Shown here piece by piece: positions 7,569 to 16,466 of a DNA stretch of 32,302 nt. Both the position numbers and the translations under genes were made by a program. The DNA is from a virus (Duplodnaviria; Caudoviricetes). Below the pieces are notes generated by a model. It was not told where the DNA came from and did no database searches. It was given only the letters and a program-made list of their open reading frames with translations. The number at the start of each line of letters is the position of its first letter. The first letter of the stretch is position 1. The stretch is from the IMG/VR virus record IMGVR_UViG_3300038673_000431, positions 1-32,302 of that record; one strand, given 5' to 3'.

Positions 7569-8648
7569 ATGCATTACTTAAAGTATTTATATCCGTTATT
7601 AGATGAAGTTGGTAGTTCAACAGCCGGTGGTGATGATAATACAGCCGCAGATATTGCAGCTAAATTGTCATCTCCTGATAATGGAGATAGCGATGAACCC
7701 GATAATGATAGTGATGATGATGATTCTTCAAATACAAAGGATGACAAAAACAAACCACCAGTAGTAGCTGATGATTTTAAACCAAGTCCTATATGGGATG
7801 TGTTTAAATCTAACGCTGAATTCAAGCTTCCTGAAGGACTTAATAAGGATAATGAGAGTGAACTACTCGAAGCTCAACTTAAAGCTAAATATGGTTCTTC
7901 AAATGAAGATTTACACCCATTAGCAAAACAGATAAATGAGCTTGCAAAACAGAATCCAAATCTAAGTATTAATGATTTGGTAAATGATGTTCAGTCAGAT
8001 TTTATTGATATTAGTAAAATGAGTGTTGAAGATCGTATTTCTTTTCATTTGAAAAATATCTATGGAGATTATGATGAAGAAAACAACAAAGATGGCATGA
8101 CCGATGATGATATTAAAGAATATATCGGTAAGCTCACAAAAGTTGAAAAGAACGAACTTTCACGTCAGATTGAAGAATCTGTAAATGCTTATAATCAGAA
8201 AATCATTGCTGATTATGAAGAAAAACAAAAAGAATCATTTGCAGCAAATTATGATAAGGTAATTGCTGAAAATGAAAAATTCGTAACTGAAATTAAAAAC
8301 AAAATATCTTCTGTTGATAAGATATTTGGTATTCCTGTCAGTCAGGAAGATCATGAAGCTTATCTGGAAGAGTTTAAACAGTTTATTACTCCAAATAAAG
8401 AAACAGGTATCAGAAATATTGATTTAGTATTGTCAGACGATGTTAATCTGTATAAGATATTTGTTGCACTTGTGAAGAATGGAGAAGGAAAGGTATTGGA
8501 AACAATTACTAAAGGTCGTGAATCTACAAAGGAAGAGTTATTCAAGAAATTGGGTATATCTCCTAATTTTAGTAGTTCAAGAGACAAGAGTGATCGAATG
8601 GATGATCCAGAATCAATTGTAAATGCTCTGAGTCAACCTGAACGATAA
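7569..8648 (+). CDS. Putative capsid scaffolding protein
   Basis: 359 aa with a very acidic low-complexity N-terminus (DNGDSDEPDNDSDDDDS) and helical/coiled-coil remainder; immediately upstream of the MCP. Confidence 0.7.
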   Translation: MHYLKYLYPLLDEVGSSTAGGDDNTAADIAAKLSSPDNGDSDEPDNDSDDDDSSNTKDDKNKPPVVADDFKPSPIWDVFKSNAEFKLPEGLNKDNESELLEAQLKAKYGSSNEDLHPLAKQINELAKQNPNLSINDLVNDVQSDFIDISKMSVEDRISFHLKNIYGDYDEENNKDGMTDDDIKEYIGKLTKVEKNELSRQIEESVNAYNQKIIADYEEKQKESFAANYDKVIAENEKFVTEIKNKISSVDKIFGIPVSQEDHEAYLEEFKQFITPNKETGIRNIDLVLSDDVNLYKIFVALVKNGEGKVLETITKGRESTKEELFKKLGISPNFSSSRDKSDRMDDPESIVNALSQPER

Positions 8649-8678
8649 AAAATTCAAATTTCTTCAAATTACAATAAA

Positions 8679-10121
8679 ATGAGAATTATTCCTGGAACTC
8701 CTAAAGAGTTTGCTAATGAAACCCCTACTACCCATCATTTGGGTAAATTCTTAGTATCAAATCCTGAAGTATTACCACATGTAACTACTTTATTTGAAAG
8801 TGATACTACTGCATTTTCTTCTTTGCTTGCGCGTCGTAATATGCTCAATACAAAAATCGGTGTTGATCCTTCTACTTCCCGTTATCGCGTTGTAGGTAAT
8901 CGTAAGGTTACTTGGAAAGTAAAAGGTTATCCTGAACGTAAAGTGCGTATTATCGGTCTTTATGGTCATGCTGGATTTAAGTGTGATGCTTATCCTACTC
9001 AGCCGGGTAAATACCAAACTGTCATTGAAGTATATGCTGATAGTAACTGGATTTCTCCTCGTGAGGTTGTAGAACTTGCTGACAATCAGACACAGGTATA
9101 TAACTTTGATTCAAAAGTTCCTGAAGAAGTAGAAGCTGGTGTATGGTTGTATCGTTTCAAAGTTGTAACAAATGATCCTACCGAATTTGTAAATCCAACA
9201 TTGCTTGGTATCGGTATGGAAATGTCAGTTCTTCATACTGCTTACGAAGAAGCATCTGAAACCGCTTACGAAAAATACACTTTTGACGAATCTGCTTATG
9301 CTCATATGACTATTCAGCGTTTGAAATGGTCTATTACCGGTTCTGCTGATGAGTATAAAGCAAATGCTGTTTGGATGGAGCACAATGGCGCAAAAGTTTG
9401 GGCTACAAATGCTCAGATTGAAATGCTGAAACGTGCTTCTTTGTATCGTGAACGTCAGATTCTTTTTGGAAAATCAACTGTTACTGCTGATGATAAGATC
9501 ATTTTGAAAACAGTTGAGGGCTTTGAGGTAATGAATGGTGATGGTCTGTTGAACCAGGGTGATGGAGCATGGCGCCAACCTTACAATGAACTTACCATTA
9601 AAACTCTTGAAAATATCCTCGAAAATATTCAGCTTTATGGTGGACAATGGGGTATGGAAGTAGCTATTGCTTGCGGTCGTCAGTTCTACAGCAAATTTTC
9701 TAACCTTATGCGTTCAGTTGCCGGTATTGACCCGAAAGTTGTTGAAGGTACTGGAAGTAAAAAAGGTATTGACCTTGATTACGAATACTTCAAATTTGGT
9801 GGTGTGAAACTTATTCCGACAATGATTCCATGGATGGATTCACCAATGCGTGCATCTTTAATTGGTATTGATGGAACACGTAACAATTCTCATAATGCTA
9901 TTTTCCTTGCAATGGGTGAAATTGAATCCGGTAATCCTACTATTGAGCTTTTGCAGCTTGGTAAACGTGGATGGTTAGAGGGAGAAGTAAACGGTATCAA
10001 TAAAGGAGGTGATATGGCCAACTCTGTCGATGCACGTCATCACCATGTATTGTGGGAAACCGGTGTTGCATTGAAAGACATCAATGGTATGGCCGAACTC
10101 TATCGTCCTGCTTATCTTTAA
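8679..10121 (+). CDS. Major capsid protein (HK97 fold, crAss-like)
   Basis: 480 aa; E-loop-like YRVVGNRKVTWKV, TIQRLKWSITGSA, RERQILFGKS, GDGLLNQ, YKFGGVKL-like strand; codon usage typical of high expression (CGT, GGT, GCT); position after the scaffold. Confidence 0.88.
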   Translation: MRIIPGTPKEFANETPTTHHLGKFLVSNPEVLPHVTTLFESDTTAFSSLLARRNMLNTKIGVDPSTSRYRVVGNRKVTWKVKGYPERKVRIIGLYGHAGFKCDAYPTQPGKYQTVIEVYADSNWISPREVVELADNQTQVYNFDSKVPEEVEAGVWLYRFKVVTNDPTEFVNPTLLGIGMEMSVLHTAYEEASETAYEKYTFDESAYAHMTIQRLKWSITGSADEYKANAVWMEHNGAKVWATNAQIEMLKRASLYRERQILFGKSTVTADDKIILKTVEGFEVMNGDGLLNQGDGAWRQPYNELTIKTLENILENIQLYGGQWGMEVAIACGRQFYSKFSNLMRSVAGIDPKVVEGTGSKKGIDLDYEYFKFGGVKLIPTMIPWMDSPMRASLIGIDGTRNNSHNAIFLAMGEIESGNPTIELLQLGKRGWLEGEVNGINKGGDMANSVDARHHHVLWETGVALKDINGMAELYRPAYL

Positions 10122-10148
10122 TTATTAATATTTTATTTATTACAAGTT

Positions 10149-10919
10149 ATGGCAAAGAAAAACGAATTGGAAAGCACCTTTATCGAAGTTAAGGTATATG
10201 GTGTATCTAAGAAATGGAAGGTAAAGCCGTTTTATAGCTGTCCTGCTTACGATCAACTTACAGGTAAGTATCGGACTGGACAAGAAAATATGAGTCCTGA
10301 AAAACTGGCAAAAGAACCATTTATTATTGATCCTTTGAAGAACATTATTATTCGTGATAATGATACACTTCGATTGGAGAAAAAGAATGGTGAGTTTGTA
10401 ACATCAGCAGATTATACGAAGTATCGCTATATGCTTCAACTGCCTGAGATTGCAAAATCAAAAGAAGATGTAAATTCACAGCATTATTTCTACTTAGTAA
10501 ACAAAGAAGCAGAAGCCGAAAAAACTGTTTCTATTGGTAAGTTGAAAGCTAAAGCTTATGAATACATGACAAACGTTGCTACATTATCTGATATGCGTGA
10601 CATATTGTTTTATTTAGGTGAAAACGCTAATAACTTTACGAGCAATCTTGCTGAAGCTTATCTTTACAATAAGTGTGATAAAGAACCTCAAAAGGTTATT
10701 TCATACTTTGAAGATGATAACAATGCACGTATTGTATTTGTAAAGAAATGTCTTTCAGCTAAATTTCTTACTCGTAGTGTAAGTAATTACATTATGTTTG
10801 GACAAACAATTTGTGGTGCCAATGAAATTGAAGCTGCTTCATTCTTGTATAATGATAAGAATAGTGTAATTTACAATCAACTTTATGATCAGTTGAGTAA
10901 AATTGAAGGAAAAAATTAA
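10149..10919 (+). CDS. Conserved crAss-like protein following the MCP
   Basis: 256 aa; TGKYRTG, YFYLVNKEAEAEK and YIMFGQTICGAN patterns plus gene position match the uncharacterised post-MCP gene of crAss-like phages (from memory). Confidence 0.55.
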   Translation: MAKKNELESTFIEVKVYGVSKKWKVKPFYSCPAYDQLTGKYRTGQENMSPEKLAKEPFIIDPLKNIIIRDNDTLRLEKKNGEFVTSADYTKYRYMLQLPEIAKSKEDVNSQHYFYLVNKEAEAEKTVSIGKLKAKAYEYMTNVATLSDMRDILFYLGENANNFTSNLAEAYLYNKCDKEPQKVISYFEDDNNARIVFVKKCLSAKFLTRSVSNYIMFGQTICGANEIEAASFLYNDKNSVIYNQLYDQLSKIEGKN

Positions 10920-10924
10920 TATAT

Positions 10925-11587
10925 ATGGGCCGACAGTATAAACAATTGTATAAGGAGTTTCTTTCTAATGTAGGCAAACATAGAGTTGGAACTGTAATAC
11001 CTGATGAATTTGCATTAATTTTCAACGTGTCTGTTGAAGAGGTATTGACAAATAAGTTATCAGTTATGGGAGTTAATAAGAAGATAACAGATGACTTACA
11101 GTCATTGACAGCTTCTTCTAACAATGTTGCTATGACAATAGATAATACTGAACTTTACCGTTGTTTTACTGTCGCACGTCCTACTGGTTGTAGACGTATT
11201 AAATCTTTACGTGTTGTTCTTGATAATAAATACAATTCACGTTGTGTTTATTTAGAGCCTCATAGAAAGAACATTGTTCTTGAAAGTGTATTTGATAAGC
11301 CAACGATTAAAAGATGCTACTATGAAGAGATAGTACAGTCAAACAACCTTTATATCCGTGTATTTGTTCCTACTATTACTCAAACAGCTAAAATGTATTG
11401 TGATTTTTACAAAGAACCTACTTTAGTCAGTGCAAGTGATGTCATATCAACTAATGAATGTCCGTATTCTAATGAGATGTGTACCGATATAATCAATGTT
11501 GCATCAAGGATGTGTATTGAACGGAACCAAGATGGAAGGTATCAGACGTTCGTTAATGAATTAAGACAAAAACAAAACAATCAATAA
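10925..11587 (+). CDS. Putative head-tail ring/adaptor protein
   Basis: 220 aa; N-terminal helix (PDEFALIFN...KITDDLQSL), beta core, FYKEP and C-terminal DIINVASRM helix, the layout of crAss ring proteins. Confidence 0.6.
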   Translation: MGRQYKQLYKEFLSNVGKHRVGTVIPDEFALIFNVSVEEVLTNKLSVMGVNKKITDDLQSLTASSNNVAMTIDNTELYRCFTVARPTGCRRIKSLRVVLDNKYNSRCVYLEPHRKNIVLESVFDKPTIKRCYYEEIVQSNNLYIRVFVPTITQTAKMYCDFYKEPTLVSASDVISTNECPYSNEMCTDIINVASRMCIERNQDGRYQTFVNELRQKQNNQ

Positions 11588-11598
11588 ATTTTTCTATT

Positions 11599-12540
11599 AT
11601 GTCAAATATTATAAGAGGTCCACAGGACTATTTATTAAACAGTGTTACTGGTGCTGAAGTCGGCATGTATGTAAACTCAAAAGGAGCTAAGGTTCTCGTA
11701 TTGAAAAAACTTGGTATTGAAATACCAGCAAGTACCGGAACCCGCGCGGTTATCAATGAAGCTGTAACAGGTTCAAAACAGAAAATTGATCTTACTTTAG
11801 ATTGGCTGTGGAATGGAGAAAAAGAATATACTTTTGAAATCTTCGTAACACGTCATCCGAACTTTTCCGGTTTTACCAATGATGTTATTCCTCGCGAAGT
11901 AGGTTATCAGTATAAAATGAAAGCATTTACTACTATCGAAGCAGGTACTTTGAATGATGCTGATACAAATACCATTTTGGCCGGTTTGAAAGCTGCCATT
12001 GATGCCGATGTACAGCGTACCAAAAATGCTGTAAATTCTGGTGCTTTTGTAACTGCTACTGTAACCGAACAAGATGGTGATGCTACACCAGATCCTATTG
12101 TTGGTAAACTTACTTTGGAAGCCAAAACTGAGCAGGTAATGTTTTCTGTTAAGCCTGTTGACTTTGCACAGACACAGGTTACTGCTTTCCGTAAATCAAC
12201 ACTTACTTATGACGACATGGTTCGTTTGTTTGGTATTCGTGCGAAAGACGAAGGAATGTACCCTGATAATCTTCCAACAAAAGGTGTTCAGTACATGAAA
12301 GTTGTCATTACTGCCCGTACTGAAGGATATGATAATGTTGTTGCTTCAGGTCAGATTACCCGCGAACAGGTTTATAATCTTTACATGCCGGCTACAGCAA
12401 AAAGTGCTCTTGAGTTTGCTACAGTAACTGATGCTACTACAAATGCAAACAGTATGGCTGATACAGTTGCAACAAAAGCAAAATCATTTAAAGATTACCT
12501 TGTGTATCTTTGTGGTGCTGGAAATGTAACAGACAATTAA
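11599..12540 (+). CDS. Abundant virion structural protein (auxiliary capsid/decoration-like)
   Basis: 313 aa, Ala/Thr/Val-rich beta protein with MCP-like codon bias; followed by a strong terminator. Confidence 0.55.
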   Translation: MSNIIRGPQDYLLNSVTGAEVGMYVNSKGAKVLVLKKLGIEIPASTGTRAVINEAVTGSKQKIDLTLDWLWNGEKEYTFEIFVTRHPNFSGFTNDVIPREVGYQYKMKAFTTIEAGTLNDADTNTILAGLKAAIDADVQRTKNAVNSGAFVTATVTEQDGDATPDPIVGKLTLEAKTEQVMFSVKPVDFAQTQVTAFRKSTLTYDDMVRLFGIRAKDEGMYPDNLPTKGVQYMKVVITARTEGYDNVVASGQITREQVYNLYMPATAKSALEFATVTDATTNANSMADTVATKAKSFKDYLVYLCGAGNVTDN

Positions 12541-12559
12541 GAATTAATTTAATAATAAC

Positions 12560-12599
12560 AAAAGGGTAGGTAGGTTGGAAACTTTACCTGCCCTTTTTT
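12560..12599 (+). terminator. Rho-independent terminator (possibly bidirectional)
   Basis: AAAAGGGTAGGTAGG-ttggaaac-TTTACCTGCCCTTTTTT: GC-rich stem with G-U pairs, an A-tract before and a U-tract after. Confidence 0.85.
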
Positions 12600-12613
12600 A
12601 CTTTATAATCAAA

Positions 12614-13207
12614 ATGAAAAATATAGAAAATTTAATCAGAGTGTTGAGTAAGAGTGTAAATATCTTAAATAAAAGAATAAAAATTTCTTACGAAAGATGT
12701 TTTTTGGATTCTGGTGAATATATATTAAATGATACTATTTCAAGTATTATATCCAAAGAACCGGATAGTAAATTATTATTGCCTTCAAATCCAAAACTTG
12801 GTGATTATTATATAGTAGAAAATACAACAAGTACAAGTATTAATATTAATTCAGTTATTGATATAAGTGGTTTTCATAATTCTTTTATGAAAGAAACTGG
12901 AGTAACAACCGGAGATGATTTTGTTATTGCTGGTAAAAGCACTTATAAGTTTACTGCATTAAGTGAATATAATAATAAAATTGTATGGAGAATTGAAATA
13001 GTTGGTGTATCTATTAACTGTATTGTTGATGATTATGCTTATGATAATGTTCTAACTTTTGCAGATTTACATAATAAATATGGATATAGGCATATAATAG
13101 GATTTAAAGTATATTGTCCAAATATTGTTACAGGTGGTAAATGTTATACTTTAATTGACAATATTGTAGAAACATGGGTTTCGGAATCTATAACAAAAAT
13201 CATATAA
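12614..13207 (+). CDS. Hypothetical protein, possibly a small fibre or decoration domain
   Basis: True start is probably ATG12614, because the track's start lies inside the terminator. LLLPSNPKLGDYYIVEN resembles the LPxxPxxGDxxxV motif of phage fibre beta-domains. Very AT-rich. Confidence 0.45.
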   Translation: MKNIENLIRVLSKSVNILNKRIKISYERCFLDSGEYILNDTISSIISKEPDSKLLLPSNPKLGDYYIVENTTSTSININSVIDISGFHNSFMKETGVTTGDDFVIAGKSTYKFTALSEYNNKIVWRIEIVGVSINCIVDDYAYDNVLTFADLHNKYGYRHIIGFKVYCPNIVTGGKCYTLIDNIVETWVSESITKII

Positions 13208-13210
13208 TTT

Positions 13211-13900
13211 ATGACAACACTTACAGCAATAGTAGAATCTATAATGAAACAGATAAAGCCACATTTGACAGATGATGTTGATATTAGTGAGCTTTGGATA
13301 AAAGAAGTTATACATCAATCGAGAGCAGCGCTTATTAATAAGAAGTTTCTATCCGGAGAGTTATTCAATAATTACTATCAGGAATTAGAAATTACAACTT
13401 CTTTGTTGACTGGTATTACTATTGGAGATTTACATATGCCATTTGATAATGTATATGCTGTTTCTGAAATACCGGTATTACTTCATAAAGCCGGAAAAAG
13501 AGCAATAGATTATTTTGGAAATATTGGTATGTCAACAAAGCATATTGATTATGTAGAGTTCAATGAATTTATAGCATACGATATGCATCGTTTTGGATCT
13601 ACAGAAACGTGCTATACAATCCGTTCTAATAACGTAATGATACGCAATGCCAACGGTCAGGAGAAATGGCTTATGCGAGCTTTATTTGCAGTACCAACGG
13701 ATGTATTAGGATATGATGAAGATACCGACCGTTATCCTATTGATGATAGTGATTTGCGTTCTCTTGAGATAATTACTTTTCAGCATATTGCTCCAAAGCT
13801 TGGTATGCCTATTGATTTACTAAACAATGCAAGTGATGAAACAAGGAACGCACCTGTAACACAACAAGTAAAACAATCTGAACAAAATGAAGAACAATAA
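13211..13900 (+). CDS. Putative tail ring protein
   Basis: 229 aa; MTTLTAIVESI...TDDVDISELWIKEVIHQSRAALI N-terminus, RALFAVP, DRYPID and DLLNNASD C-terminus, typical of crAss ring proteins. Confidence 0.65.
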   Translation: MTTLTAIVESIMKQIKPHLTDDVDISELWIKEVIHQSRAALINKKFLSGELFNNYYQELEITTSLLTGITIGDLHMPFDNVYAVSEIPVLLHKAGKRAIDYFGNIGMSTKHIDYVEFNEFIAYDMHRFGSTETCYTIRSNNVMIRNANGQEKWLMRALFAVPTDVLGYDEDTDRYPIDDSDLRSLEIITFQHIAPKLGMPIDLLNNASDETRNAPVTQQVKQSEQNEEQ

Positions 13901-14747
13901 TAATCCGGTTACAAAAAATGTTCAACTTAAAGATGTAAATGTAATTGGTAAAAAGAAAGAGGTTACTCCTATTATTGTAAGTGATTCTAACGACCCAAGA
14001 TTAAAAGCTTATAATGATAGTTTACGATTATATTTAAATAGTGTTCGTGGGGAAAACGCAAACAATAAGTATTTTGATTTTGCCTCTACTAAAAATAGTC
14101 CTTTACTAAGTGAATCTGAAATAGTTAGGATAACTAAAAAGATTAATCCTAATGAAGAAGATTGGGAAGGTCGTTCAGGAAGAATAAGTAGAGGGAGATT
14201 TAAAACAGAAATGCGTGATGGGAAAGTGGTAAGTGGCAAATGGGAGAAACAAGATAATATATCAAGTATCAAAAAAGATAAAATTAAGCCTATAGGATAT
14301 AAACCAGAATTATATACAGATTATGATATACAAGGTAGACCTGAGAAATTTAATAAAAATAATTTATATGATTATATAGCAATCTATAAAAAACCGGTGC
14401 AACCTATAGTTTATCAAAAACCACATCCTCTTCAAACAAATGAGCCAGTAAAATTAAAAACAATAGATCAAGCCTGGGTTCCTGTTGAAAATACTATTGT
14501 GTATGATGTAAATGGTAAATCTACTTATTCTACTTCTGATAAAATGCCTGATTTATTTCCTGAATATAATGAATTAAAAAAAGCTGGTTCTTCTGAAGAA
14601 GTTATCAATGCAATATTAAAACAGAAATATAATCTTCGATACTATGGTAAAACATTAAAGCCTTCTGCTGAAACACAAAATTTGTTAGAAAATAAATTAT
14701 ATAAATCAGGAAAAAAAACAATAGTAAGCAATGTGGTTAGTAATTAA
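13887..14747 (+). CDS. Hypothetical basic protein
   Basis: 286-aa Lys/Asn-rich ORF overlapping both neighbours; VQLKDVNVIG and DPRLKAYNDSLRLY motifs; no function recognised. Confidence 0.6.
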   Translation: MKNNNNPVTKNVQLKDVNVIGKKKEVTPIIVSDSNDPRLKAYNDSLRLYLNSVRGENANNKYFDFASTKNSPLLSESEIVRITKKINPNEEDWEGRSGRISRGRFKTEMRDGKVVSGKWEKQDNISSIKKDKIKPIGYKPELYTDYDIQGRPEKFNKNNLYDYIAIYKKPVQPIVYQKPHPLQTNEPVKLKTIDQAWVPVENTIVYDVNGKSTYSTSDKMPDLFPEYNELKKAGSSEEVINAILKQKYNLRYYGKTLKPSAETQNLLENKLYKSGKKTIVSNVVSN

Positions 14748-15162
14748 AGATACAGTAAATATAAACGGAAAAATATTTCATTCCGGAGTATCATGGGAAA
14801 CATGGCGTACAGTTGGTTTTAGTACCAATGAACATGAGTTATGGAAAGAATTTAATAAGAACGGTGAGAATTATGTTGGTTTATCTTGGGAAGAGTTTAA
14901 AGAAATAAAGCGTTTAGGCTATGAATTAGTTGTAAATGGTGTTCCATACGTTATTGATGGAGATAATGCCATAATGAGCAGCAAAATGACTTATACGGAT
15001 AATATTTCAAGAGCTGACCAGATAGCAAATAAATACCATGATAAAACAAAAGATTATTATAAAAAAACAAAAGAAGTATTAGGTATTGATATGACACTAA
15101 ATCATTCTCCTCAATATCGTGATGGTGTTAATCCAGCCAAGGATAAAAATGATATCGAATAA
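14731..15162 (+). CDS. Hypothetical protein
   Basis: 143-aa ORF, tightly coupled to the next gene. Confidence 0.6.
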   Translation: MWLVIKDTVNINGKIFHSGVSWETWRTVGFSTNEHELWKEFNKNGENYVGLSWEEFKEIKRLGYELVVNGVPYVIDGDNAIMSSKMTYTDNISRADQIANKYHDKTKDYYKKTKEVLGIDMTLNHSPQYRDGVNPAKDKNDIE

Positions 15163-15665
15163 TGAAAGTTTTTAGACGTAAAAGTAAGATCAATAAGATA
15201 GTCCCGTATGTGGAAATAAAAGAATGTGATTACAATGATATAATACATTCTGAGAAATACTTTAAAAGAAAAGAGCCGTATATTGAAAAGGTTTTACGAC
15301 CAAGATTACAGCATATTACATTTAGTGTAGATAGTCATCCTAAAAGTCTTATTATAAGAAGTATTGCTATTAATATATTTTTTATATTTGTACGAATTAT
15401 AATTGATGAATTAATTGAAGGTAACAGAATAGTATTAAAAGACCTTGGGGAAATAGAACTAAGAAGTAAACCATTTGATAATAAATACAAAGGTTGGAAA
15501 CAAGACTTTGATAGAGCAAAAAATAAAGGTTTTTATACAATGATACAAGTTACTTATAGTAAGCACCAAACATCACAATTTAAGTATGGATTTCCATATT
15601 GGTCTTTTGGAGAATACTATAAAAAGAAAGTACATAACTTAGAGAATAAAGGCAAAAAATTTTAA
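15162..15665 (+). CDS. IHF/HU-like DNA-binding protein
   Basis: Basic 167-aa protein with FVRIIIDELIEGNRIVLKDLGEIELR, matching the HU/IHF helix-strand core; crAss-like phages carry IHF-like genes in the tail module. Confidence 0.7.
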   Translation: MKVFRRKSKINKIVPYVEIKECDYNDIIHSEKYFKRKEPYIEKVLRPRLQHITFSVDSHPKSLIIRSIAINIFFIFVRIIIDELIEGNRIVLKDLGEIELRSKPFDNKYKGWKQDFDRAKNKGFYTMIQVTYSKHQTSQFKYGFPYWSFGEYYKKKVHNLENKGKKF

Positions 15666-15667
15666 AT

Positions 15668-15826
15668 ATGAGACCAATTAAGAACATACCTGTACTTACT
15701 GAAGAAGAAAAGAAATTCCATCTTGAATTCAGTAATAAATTTTATGGAAACAACTTTGACTCTAAGTTGTATAAAACTATTTTTACTAATAACAAAAAAC
15801 AAAAAACAAATCCAAATGGCAAATAA
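15668..15826 (+). CDS. Small hypothetical protein (52 aa), not in the ORF track
   Basis: ATG 2 nt after the upstream stop; MRPIKNIPVLTEEEKKFHLEFSNKFYGNNFDSKLYKTIFTNNKKQKTNPNGK*; fills the gap and overlaps the next ATG. Confidence 0.55.
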   Translation: MRPIKNIPVLTEEEKKFHLEFSNKFYGNNFDSKLYKTIFTNNKKQKTNPNGK

Positions 15827-16466
15827 TAAGTATTTTACAGCAAATGAGATATATGCCAGACTTATTTCTTCTTACCGAACTAAAGGAAAAGAGATAAGTC
15901 CTATTATGGTAATGAGATGGTGTAGTGAACTTATTACTGATATTCTCACCGACCCTGTAGGTCTTGTAAAAAATAATAAGTACAAATGTAATGTAACTGA
16001 TAAGAGAGCGCTTTTACCGGCAGATATATTTCGTGCTGAAGCTTTCTATGATTCTAATATGAATGTTCTTAAAAACGATTTTATATATCAAGGACAGTAT
16101 ATTTTTTTACCGGACAATTACACTGGTTCTTTTATTTATATTGATTATTTTTCATTAGCAGTTGATGAAAAAGGATTTCCTTATATTAAACGTGGATATG
16201 AAATGGCTGCATATAGTTATTGTGTTTATAAGATGTTTGAAGAAGATGCAACATCAATACCGCCTCGAATTCAACAATGGAGATGGCTTCAGATATGTCA
16301 GGATAAAGATTGGGAAATAGAAGCTGCATCACGTTCATGGCAAGATGTTGATGAAAGCATGATTAAAGAAATACATGCTATTTTGATAGACCCTATGTAT
16401 ATGCAACGTTATAGCCCGGAACGATTGGATGAAATTGGTAATAAAACTTCAAAACGTACATTATAA
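15816..16466 (+). CDS. Putative tail tubular/ring protein
   Basis: Likely start MANNKYFTANEIYARL (ATG15816); RALLPADIF, IYIDYFSLAVDEKGFPYI and AAYSYCVYK match the crAss ring protein that precedes the muzzle. Confidence 0.7.
   Translation: MANNKYFTANEIYARLISSYRTKGKEISPIMVMRWCSELITDILTDPVGLVKNNKYKCNVTDKRALLPADIFRAEAFYDSNMNVLKNDFIYQGQYIFLPDNYTGSFIYIDYFSLAVDEKGFPYIKRGYEMAAYSYCVYKMFEEDATSIPPRIQQWRWLQICQDKDWEIEAASRSWQDVDESMIKEIHAILIDPMYMQRYSPERLDEIGNKTSKRTL

Noticed and set aside
12575-12613. Track start for the 210-aa ORF
   Set aside because: It lies within the terminator hairpin; ATG12614 with an A-rich leader is more plausible.
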